64,000 nt of DNA from positions 41,788,001 to 41,852,000 of the forward strand of contig OX597829.1 of NCBI GenBank assembly GCA_951406725.2. The letters are read 5' to 3'. Of the stretch, positions 53,670 to 64,000 are shown one piece after another. This DNA is from Octopus vulgaris. Its lineage: Eukaryota. The stretch's first letter is position 1, and every line of letters starts with the position of its first letter. Under the pieces are notes generated by a model. The model saw only the letters and a list, made by a program, of their open reading frames with translations, searched no databases and was not told the origin of the DNA. The position numbers were made by a program, and so were the translations under genes.

Positions 53670-54254
53670 TCATCATCATCATCATCATCGTTTAACGTCC
53701 GCTTTCCATGCTAGCATGGGTTGGACGGTTCAACTGGGATCTGGCAAGCTCGAAGGCTGCACCAGGCCAGTCAGATCTGGCAGTGTTTCTACAGCTGGAT
53801 GCCCTTCCTAACGCCAACCACTCCGAGAGTGTAGTGGGTGATTTTATGTGCCACCGACACAGGTGCCAGGCGAGGCTGGCAGACGGCCACGCTTGGATGG
53901 TGTTTTTATGTGCCACCGACACAGGTGTTAGACGAGGCTGGCAGACGGCCACGCTCGGATGGTGTTTTTATGTGCCACCGACACAGGTGCCAGACGAGGC
54001 TGGCGAACGGCCATGCTCAGATGGTGTTTGTTACGTGCCCTCAGCACGGAGGCCAGTCGATGCGGTACTGGCTACGGTCACGCTCGGATGGTTTTCTTAT
54101 GTGCCACCGGCACTGGTACCACAAGGATACAAATTCCATTGATGTTCATCGATTTTGATTTGGTTTGATTTGATTTGATTTGATTTGATTGATTTTTCAC
54201 TTGCCTCAACAGGTCTTCACAAGTGTCACAAGAGGAAGGTAATAATAATAATAA

Positions 54255-54996
54255 TGATAATAATGAAATTATTGTATACAGTGCTCAGGTGCACCACAAC
54301 TTGTCAGAAAGTGCATATAAAGAACATGCAGTAATGTAAAAATGTCTGGAAAGCGAACAATGTATGAGTTAGATACATGCTTGTGTGTGTATGGAGGGGA
54401 GGAGATCAGGTGTAGTGTTGGCGAATCTCAGAAAGCATGGAAGTTTTGAAGGATGCAGTGCTCTGACAACTAACAACTGATGCTGGCAGTTTGTTCCATG
54501 CTTTAGCAACTCTCAGCGTGAAAAAATGTTTCCTGAAGTCATGGGAGCCGTGCTGTTTTCTGACTTTGTAAACATGTCCATGGGTGTTAGAGAGGTGGAG
54601 TTTGAAAAGGTGCTCAGAGTTATTGTTTGTACGATGGGTGATAATTTTATGGATGTCTGCCAAGTCAGCTGCCATGCATCGGAGTTTCAATGTGTCCATG
54701 CCCAGGGAAGTAAGGCGTTCAGGATATGGCAAATGCCTGATAGAGGGTATTCTTTTGGTTGCACGTCGCTGAATGGCTTCCAGACGATTGATATCCTGGG
54801 CAAGATAGGGGTTCCAGACAGGTGATGCAAATTCCAGGTGAGGTCTTACCATAGCTATATAAAGCCGCAGATAGATAGTCAGAGAGCGGCTCACAAAGGA
54901 TTTGGTGAGTGATGCCAAGACACCCTCAGCCTTCTTGACAATTTTAGCGATGTGTTTTGTCCAACGCAAATCACTGTCGACAATAACACCCAAGTC
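54255..54996 (-). mobile_element. CR1/L2-group LINE 3' fragment
   Basis: DLGVIVDSDLRW...RPHLEFASPVWNPY...RLEAIQRRATKRIP; (TTA)n tail. A shorter sibling lies at ~55487-55838. Confidence 0.85.
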
Positions 54997-55369
54997 ACAT
55001 ATATATATACATATATATGTATGTGTGTGTGTGTGTGTGCGTGTCTGTCTGTATCTATGTGTATGTGTTTGTCCTCTCCACCACTGCTTGACAACCTGTG
55101 TTGGTGTGCTTGCATCCCTGTAACTTAGCACTTCAGCAAAAGAGACCAATAGAATAAGTACAACGTTTAAAAAATAGGTCTTGCGGCCAATTCATTTGAG
55201 TAAAAATTCAAAGCAGTGCCCCAGCATGGCCACAGTCTAATGACTGAAACAAAAGATAAACAACAAGAGAGAGAGAGAGAGAGCTGGATAGATAGATGGA
55301 CAGACGGACGGACGGGCAGGCAGGCAGGCAGGCAGGCAGACAGACAGACAGACAGACAGACAGATAGAC

Positions 55370-55414
<45 letters not shown>

Positions 55415-57177
55415 TGACAGGCTTCTGTATAGATTTCACTTACCAAATTCACTCATAAGAGAATATAGTGGACAACACTTACTGAAATAATAATAATGAA
55501 ATTATTGTATACAGTGCTCCGGTGCACCAAAACTTGTCAAAAGTGAGTATAAAGTATATGCAGTAATGTACAAATATCTGGAAAGTGGAGAGTGTATGAG
55601 TCAGATACATGCTTGCGTGTGTATGGAGGGGAGAAAATCAGGTGTAGTGTTGGCGAATCTCAGAAAGCATGGAAGTTTTGAAGGATGCAGTGCTCCGACA
55701 ACTAACAACTGATGCTGGCAGTTTGTTCCATGCTTCAGCAGCTCTTAGTGTGAAAAAATGTTTCCGAAAGTCATGGGAGCTGTGCTGTTTTCTGACTTTG
55801 TAAACTTGTCGACGGGTGTTAGACAAGTGGAGTTTGAAATGAAGATGCTATACATTGGAATAGAACCTGAAATCTCAAGATTGTGAAGCAAACTTCTCAG
55901 CCATATTATATTGAAGACTTGACTGTGTTGAAGTTTAGTCCTTTAGCATTTAAACTGGTCATATCCACTCCATATATTCTACCTGTTTTATGTTCAAAAC
56001 AACCAGATCCAGCCTCTCACACCTACCCTACAATATCATTCTAAAAAAAAATAAACAATCAAGTCTTCGAATTCTCAAAGTTACAAGACAATACATGATT
56101 AATTCAAAACAATGTGAATAAATGGCGACTGGTAATAAAGTTACAGTTAATTTATGGTGGCCAGTAATAAAGTCACAGGAAAAAAGTTCAAAACAACACA
56201 TAACAAAACCGCCTTGAACAAAACACCTGTGACTTTTTTGCTGTGTCTTTTTTACCTGTGACTTTTTTTTAACCACTATTCGAGTAAATAAGTCTTAAAT
56301 TTGACAGAATGAGAAGTATTCTAAATGGTAACAAGTTAATCTATTTATATTTATGACTTTTAATATTTTCTTTCTAGTTTTCTAAGTCCAATAATATTTC
56401 AAGAAAATTCTTGGCTATGTCTTCTAAATCCAATATAGTGATAGCATAATGGCACGTTATTACCATGTTTTGAAGTTGACAGTAAAGGTATCTAAGAATG
56501 ATGTTGTAGCCTACTGCATCACCAGAGTAGCCATAATAGTAAAAAATCCAGGGAAGAATGTTACAGGAAAAAGAAATCATGGTAAAAAATTTAACAGGAA
56601 AGCAAAGTTAGTTGGCATTATGCACAGTTACAAGAATGTCTTTACTCGATGAGAGAACCATTTATTCTCATGGTGTTGACTGGAATAGTCGTCTTTAGTC
56701 GTCAACCTTAAAAATACTGAATGTACTCGTAATACCTTTTTTTTTACTATCCACAAGGGGCTGCACACAGAGGGGACAAACAAGGACCAGAGAAACAGAT
56801 TGAGTCGATTATATCAACTCCAGTGCGTAACTGGTACTTATTTAATTGACCCCGAAAGGATGAATCGCAAAGTCGACCTTGGCAGAATTTGAACTCAGAA
56901 TGTAACGGCTGACGAAATACTGCTAAGCATTTCGTCCGGCGTGCTAACATTTCTGCCAGTTCGCTACCTTATGTACTCATAATACCACGATACAATGTAA
57001 GGTGTTTTCAGTCTGTACATGTCAAGTGTTTTTTAATAAATGAATGACTTTTATTTCTTTGTCTTTGCTTATGAAATTGAATGAAAGGTTCTCTTTTCAC
57101 ATGTGTGATGCCATCAAATATAAATTGTGTACAAGTAATGTCTTATCCGTTAATAACTTATTTAAAATAATTTTTAT

Positions 57178-57325
57178 TTTATTATAAAATAATAAAATAA
57201 AAATAAAAATTTATTATAAAATAATAAAATAAAAGTTTGTTATAAAATAATAATAAAATAAAAATTTGTTATAAAATAATAAAATAAAATAAAAATTTGT
57301 TATAAAATAATAAAATAAAATTTTT
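57178..57325. repeat. AT-only minisatellite (ttataaaataataaaataaaaat)n
   Basis: Visible directly in the sequence. Confidence 0.85.
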
Positions 57326-57669
57326 TAAATGCCTATAGTAATTAAATGAAAAGTGAAATTTTTTCTTGTAAATTTTTTTCTTGCCAAAATTGCGATATTT
57401 TCTGATATTTTTTCCTGTCGGAGACACTAGTAATTAAAGTAGAACTAATAAACTGTATGCTACTTCAAATTATAAAATTAGATCACAGTGACCTTTTTAT
57501 TTCTGTTATTATAATCGTTTTTACCTTTGGATATTATACTGCTTTTCAAGGCAGGGGACATAACTCTGTTTCTCTAATAATTTTGTTATGGATTTGCTCT
57601 TGTGTGTGCACTTCCCGAATTGATAAAATATCACACACACACGTGTATATATTCCGGTTTTTTTTTTTA

Positions 57670-58090
57670 GGATCTTTTCGGTTTGACCGACAGTTTTTTA
57701 ATATAATTTCCACGTAATTAAAAACTTTTAAACTTCGTATACTGGTAGAATGTGTTTATAAAACATCTCTTTCTCTTGGCTTTATTGAGAAAATTCTATA
57801 GTTTGTAAGACATTTGTTGTTGTTTTTCTTCAGTTTCTGCAATTTCAACCAATCAATGACGTCTATTGAGGTGAAAACATTCTGTGCCGTATGATTATGT
57901 CCCTCGTTTAAGAAACAGATTGGGTTTATTTACATTTCTGAAGGAAAAAAGATACCCTTCCCCCCACCTCTAACTAACCCTAACCCTAAAACAGATTGAA
58001 ATGCGATAGATCGACACTAGGGTCATAATTATGGGTGACAATTTCATATGACACCGCTAGAAAAAACTGTCGTTCAAACCGAAAAGATCC
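57670..58090 (+). mobile_element. MITE family T copy (no TSD retained)
   Basis: Same TIRs and internal sequence as the other four copies. Confidence 0.8.
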
Positions 58091-60258
58091 CATATCAATT
58101 CAACATTGAATTGAAGACTTACTCAATACATTTGCAGAATCCAAATTTATTTTACCAAAGTCGACACAAGTACTCTCACACGCACATGCACACACAGTGG
58201 AACTTATACATACGTATTATTTTACTTGTTTCAGTCATTTGACTGCGGCTATGCTGGAGTACCCCATTTAGTCGAAGAAATCGACCCCAAGACTTATTCT
58301 TTGTAAGCTTAGTACCTATTCTATCGGTCTCTTTTACCGAACCTCAAAGTTACGGGGACGTAAACACATCAGCATCAGTTGTCAAGCGATAGAGGTACAC
58401 ATGCACACACACACACACACACACACTCAAATATATACATATATTTGATGGGCTTCTTTCAGTTTCCATCTATCAAATCTACTCACAAGGGTTTGGTCTA
58501 CCCAAGACTATAATAGAAAATATTTGCCCAAAGTGTCACGCAGTGGGACTGAACCCAGAACCATGTGGTTGGTAAGCAAGCTACTTACCAACAGCCATGC
58601 CTGCACCTATCTATTTGTCTGTCTGTCTGTATTTATATTTTCTTTCTCATTTTTATCCCTTGATACTTAGTTGACGGGGAGGGGTCTTGTCTTGTCTTGT
58701 CTTGTCTTGTGAGTACATGGTGACCTCACCAATGCTCGTGTCACATAACATGCACCCAATACATTCTGTGAAGTGGTTGATGTGTAGAACAACATCCAGT
58801 TGCTGAAGCCATCTGAGGCTATGGCAAAGCAGATATCAGAACTTGATGCAACTCTCTGGCTTTTCTGTTCATGTCAAAATGGCACTTTGGTAAATGGGGG
58901 TGGTAAATGAGGATGATGATGATGATATGTGTGTGCATATATATATTTGCATTCGTGTATAAATATACATACATCATCATCATCATTGTTTAACGTCTGC
59001 CTTCCATGCTAGCATAGATTGGATGGTTTGACAGGAACTAGCCAGGTAAAAGGCTACACCAAGCTACTGTGTATGTTTTGGCATGGTTTTTACGGTTGGA
59101 TACCCTTTTCAACGCCAAACACCCCACAGAGTGAACTGAGTGCTTTTTACATGAAACTAGCACAGGAGAGGTCAGTTTTGGCATGGTTTCTACAGCTGGA
59201 TGCCCTTCTAACTGCCAACCTCTTTACAGTGTGGACTTGATGCTTTTTACAGTACTCAGTCATTTCACCACCTAAAAATTCGAATCCAGGTAAAAAAAAG
59301 TCACGGAAAGGCACAGGGTTTTGTCCAGGAGTGGGGGTCTGGGAAGGTTTTGTCCTAATGCAGTTTTGTCTGAATCCCATAAATTAATTGTGGCTTTTGT
59401 TCCTGTGACTTTATTACCAGCCACAATACATTAATTGTGACTTTTTTTCCCTAGCTAAAGTTGTGACTTTATTACAGTGACTTTTTTATATGGTGACTTT
59501 ATTACTGGTCACCAAAAAATTTGCACCTGGTACTTTCACCACTTGCAATTTTGCACCCAGTAATTTTGCCAAAAAGGAGAACTCTTTTGTCTGCTACTGT
59601 AAGGAATATATTCTATACACATGTGTTGACAAATACATTCTATGCGAAACCAAGTGTTGACATTGTGTTCTGCTGTTTGTACCAATACTTTTGGATGGTC
59701 TCCGGCGGCTATCTGGCCTCCGTGCCGGTGGCACGTAAAAGACACCATTCAAGTGTGATCGCTACCAGCATCACCTTACTGGCACCTGTGCCGGTGGCAT
59801 GTGTAAAAGATTTGAGCATGGTTGTTGCCAGTACCGCCTGACTGGCCCCCGTGCCGGTAGCACGTAAAAGCACCCACTACACTTTTGGAGTGGTTGGCGT
59901 TAGGAAGGGCATCCAGCTGTAGAAACTCTGCCATATCGGGATTGAAGCCTGGTGCAGTCATCTGGTTTGCCAGCCCTCAGTCATTCGTCCAACCTATGCT
60001 AGCATGGAAAGCAGACGTTAAACGATGATGATGATAATGATGATGATCTATTTGAATATTTTGCCGATCTGTTTTCTATTTGAATATTTTATCAATCTGT
60101 TTGATTATAGTAGCAAATTCCTGTAACCTTGCATCCTTGGCGGAGTCAATTAGAACAGAAGAGGATGCTGTTTATTACTTGAAAGAGAAGATTGTTGTAA
60201 CAAGATGAAGGTCTCAAGAACACTTGAGGGGTGTCTGTCTTATCTTGTCACATACAAT

Positions 60259-60659
60259 TGTCGAAGGCAGAACCAAAATCCAACTGTCTTCAATAGCAAT
60301 AAATAATACTTTATTTTTCCGGGTTTCACAAATACAAAAATATATACACATATATTTTCCTTAAGGGCGAACCGGTAGCCAAGTCCACAAGACTGTTCAC
60401 AAATGTTCACTTGGGTGAGCCAAAATTACCGTCTCCGTTCCTGCTTCCAAGAGAGCTTCTCTATATGTAGGGCTTTCCCTGGGAGAAGGTTGGTCACATC
60501 CACTCGGTAGGGTTGCTGATTCAAAAAGACAGATTTGGCAGGAACGCTTTCAGATTGCAGTTCTCTGCACATGCGCACGAGGGAACTTCCGGCAGCCTAC
60601 CAGAAGTAATCCAACTCTGCGCATGCGCGCTGAAAACTTCCAAAAATAGCGTCACTACA
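60259..60659 (-). mobile_element. Possible solo LTR
   Basis: TG...CA ends, AATAAA on the minus strand, locally GC-richer; no TSD seen. Confidence 0.35.
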
Positions 60660-60782
60660 GTGTTAACCCTAAAAGAAAATTACGCAGAAACAAAAAGCAT
60701 TTTGTGAGCAAAAAGTATCATGGTAGAGACATGTATTGGTGATCTGTGCTATAAGTTAGTTATTTTGAACAATATAGAATTT

Positions 60783-60919
60783 CTATATTTAAGAGATGAG
60801 GAATTATGTACATTATATGCCCATGGGCATATGGTGTAGTGGTTAAGAGTGTGGGCTACTAACCCCAAGATTCAAAGTTCGATTCCAGGCAGTGACCTGA
60901 ACAACAGCAACAACAACAA

Positions 60920-60950
<31 letters not shown>

Positions 60951-61112
60951 AACAACAACATTGAAAAATACCTTAGGAATGAGAACCCAGGTTCAAGATT
61001 TCCCCAAGACACCTGATGAAGAAGGCTGGAGAGTATATCAGCAGAAATGTTTGTGTTAACAACAAACAAGATGAGGACAAATATCCATCAAATGTAAATA
61101 ATATAAATAATG
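60783..61112 (+). mobile_element. tRNA-headed SINE with (CAA)n spacer and hammerhead-ribozyme-like tail
   Basis: tRNA-like head at 60825-60897 (tggtgtagtggttaag ... gttcgattcc); CAA repeat at 60900-60960; CTGATGA-stem-GAAA motif at 61008-61057; 12-bp direct repeat aatatagaattt on both sides. Confidence 0.7.
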
Positions 61113-62004
61113 AATATAGAATTTGTGTTGTTTATCATATTAAATGCATATTGGATGTTTGAAACTACTGGGTTTTTTTTTGTTCATTGAGGTTGTGAGA
61201 GTGTCAAATCTATGATAGTTTAGAACTTAGGAGATCATCATCATCATCGTTTAACGTCCACTTTCTATGCTAGCATGGGTTGGACGATTTTGACTGAGGA
61301 CTGGCAAACCGGATGGCTGCCCTTCCTAACGCCAAACACTCTGAGAGTGTAGTGGGTGCCTTTACGTGCCACCAGCATGGCACCGGCACCATATGATAGG
61401 TAACTCTTTTGCAATATCCAGATAGCTTCTAGTCTGCTATGTTAATTAACTGTTTCTTAACCTTTATGCTCTCCAACACTCTCTTTACTCTTTACTCTTT
61501 TACTTGTTTCAGTCATTTGACTGCAGCCATGCTGGAGCACCACCTTTAGTCAAGCAAATTGACCCCAGGACTTATTCTTTGTAAGCCTAGTACTTATTCT
61601 ATCGGTCTCTTTTGCCGAACAGCTAAGTTACAGGGATGTAAACACACCACCATCGGTTGTCAAGCGATGTTGGGGGTGGGTGGACAAACACAGACACAAA
61701 CATATACACACACGTATATATATATATATATACATATATACGACGGGCTTCTTTCAGTTTCCGTCTACCGAATCCACTCACAAGGCTCTGGTCGACCCGA
61801 GGCTATAGTAGAAGACACTTGCCCAAGGTGCCATGCAGTGGGACTGAACCTGGAACCATGTGGTTGGTAAGCAAGCTACTTACCACACAGCCAATCCTGC
61901 ACACTATTGACTTTTCAGCAATATGTCAAACTGTTCCTGAAAAAGGACAAAAATTTTGGGGTTTTGTATGTGTGTGGGTGTGTGAAGATAATGCACATGG
62001 TTTC

Positions 62005-62100
62005 TTTATTTCTTTCCTTCCTTCCTTCTTCTTTCTTTCTTTCTTTCTTTCCTTCTTTCTTCTTTCTTTCTTTCTTTCCTTCCTTCCTTCTTTCCCTCCT

Positions 62101-62152
<52 letters not shown>

Positions 62153-62153
62153 T
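62005..62153. repeat. (TTTC/TTCC)n microsatellite
   Basis: Visible directly in the sequence. Confidence 0.9.
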
Positions 62154-62405
62154 ACTTATTGAACGACATAATGGGCAAACTATTTAAAAAATTGGAATTA
62201 TCCACAAGACATTCTAAAATTCAATCTAGATCAATTCAGAGGAAAACGTAATTCTCATCAGCTATATAAGAACACAGCTCTTCAACCTGTAACCGATTTC
62301 ATAAGTGCCAACGCACAAAACTTTCAGACCTTAAATCACTCTGTTGCCTCTGCTACAAGCTAATAAAAAAAAAAGAATATATACATATATTTTTTGGCTT
62401 TTGGT

Positions 62406-63115
62406 CATCATCATCATCATCATCATCATCATCGTTTAACGTCCGCTTTCCATGCTAGCATGGGTTGGACGGTTCAACTGGGGTCTGGCAAGCCCGAAGG
62501 CTGCACCAGGCCAGTCAGATCTGACAGTGTTTCTACAGCTGGATGCTCTTCCTAACGCCAACCACTCCGAGAGTGTAGTGGGTGATTTTATGTGCCACCG
62601 ACACAGGTGCCAGACGAGGCTGGCAGACGGCCACGCTCGGATGGTGTTTTTTATGTACCACCGACACAGGTACCAGAAGAGGCTGGCAGACGGCCACGCT
62701 CGGATGGTGTTTTTTATGTGCCACCGACACAGGTGCCAGACGAGGCTGGCAGACGGCCACGCTCGGATGGTGTTTTTTATGTACCACCGACACAGGTACC
62801 AGAAGAGGCTGGCAGACGGCCACGCTCGGATGGTGTTTTTTATGTGCCACCGACACAGGTGCCAGACGAGGCTGGCAGACGGCCACGCTCGGATGGTGTT
62901 TTCTTATGTGCCACCGACACAGGTGACAGACGAGGCTGGCGAACGGCCACGATCGGATGGTGTTTGTTATGTGCCCATAGCACGGAGGCCAGTCGATGCG
63001 GTACTGGCTACGGTCATGTTCGGATGGTTTTTTCATGTGCCACCGGCACTGGTACCACAAGGATACAAATTCCATTGATGTTCATCTATTTTGATTTGGT
63101 TTGATTTGATTTGAT
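62406..63115 (-). mobile_element. RTE-LINE 3'UTR-derived repeat with (GAT)n tail and an array of ~63-bp units
   Basis: catcatcgtttaacgtccgctttccatgctagcatggg end. Siblings at ~12645-13357, 15460-15775, 19290-19635, 23650-24215, 41035-41368, 46153-46585, 53666-54240, 59700-60045. Confidence 0.8.
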
Positions 63116-63214
63116 TTTTTTTTGATTTTTTTTATTTGATTTGATTTTATTTCATCTGCATATAAATTAAAATCACATTGATAAATTTTCAAATATATCT
63201 ATATACATGTATTT

Positions 63215-63520
63215 CGTTTTTGGATTTGGTTTGCAAGATTCTTTATGTGAGTTCGTGTGTTGAAGCATATTCTGTTGTATCTGGGGAGAGTCATTCTCTT
63301 TTAGTGCCTTATAATTTAACACAGTCACTGGTAAAATTTTCACTTATTCCCTATTTTTATTTTCCTAAAATTTTCATTGCGTCTTGCTAGACTATTGAAA
63401 AGGTTGCAAGACGCAACGAAAATTTTAGAAAATAAAAATAAGAAATAAGTGGAAATTTTACCGGTGAGTGTGTTAAATTATAAGGCACAAAAAGAAAATG
63501 ACTTATCCCACACACAACAG
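63215..63520. mobile_element. Foldback (head-to-head) retroposon dimer
   Basis: ~130-bp inverted arms; 15-bp TSD tatatacatgtattt. A sibling dimer lies at ~27679-27978 and a monomer at ~38150-38343. Confidence 0.7.
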
Positions 63521-64000
63521 TATATACATGTATTTTAATTATAATTCAAGCATATAGAGGCATCCACAAATCACCATTGGTTGGATAATAGAATTTCAAA
63601 AATATCTGAGGAGTTTTAGTCACATCTGAGTACAAATTCTTTGGCTAACTTTGCCTTTCATCCTTCTGGTACCAATAGAATATATTACTGATCAAATGTT
63701 AAGGTTGTGAAACTTGATATGATTGGAATTAAAATAGGACACAAAACAAAAATGATAGCGTCAAAAAGTAATATAGTTTTTAGGTCATGCTGACTTATTT
63801 ATTAAATTGTAATATCAAATAATCCTAAGGCCTAAAAATGTGAAGGACGGAGGTTAGTCAATTATATCGACCCCAGTGTTCCACTGATACTTATTTTATC
63901 GACTTTGAAAGGATGAAAGGCAAGGTTGACCGTGGCTAGATTTGAATCCTGAATATAAAAACAGAAGACATGCCATGAAACGTTTTATTCTGGGGTGTTA

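Noticed and set aside
60825-60897. tRNA gene
   Set aside because: Acceptor and T stems do not close and it runs into a SINE body; treated as a SINE head.
62452-63104. Long repetitive ORFs (up to 208 aa) in several frames
   Set aside because: Produced by 63-bp tandem units of a LINE 3'UTR repeat; no protein similarity recognised.

Overview
AT-rich, repeat-dense animal genomic DNA. The SINE/LINE and microsatellite landscape looks like an octopus genome (inference from repeat character, not verified). The one clear host gene is AIP (aryl hydrocarbon receptor-interacting protein) on the minus strand. Coding exons 1-3 lie at 37917-37813, 29258-29079 and 1781-1589, separated by introns of ~8.6 kb and ~27.3 kb, and the rest of the gene lies left of the window. 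The remainder is mostly mobile DNA: several tRNA-derived SINE families, RTE- and CR1/L2-type LINE fragments, a decayed 4.9-kb hAT element with nested MITEs, Helitron relics, TTAA (piggyBac-type) MITEs and a GG-ended 8-bp-TSD MITE carrying TTAGGG repeats. The most unusual signals are: (i) Penelope-type hammerhead ribozyme motifs, one of them inside a tRNA-headed SINE; (ii) SINE multimers with one head and a fixed internal junction, one of which carries the 3' flank of another SINE copy 40 kb away; (iii) a LINE tail fused to an antisense fragment of the CAD gene inside a MITE arm; (iv) foldback retroposon dimers. Most short ORFs in the track are artefacts of microsatellites or repeats.
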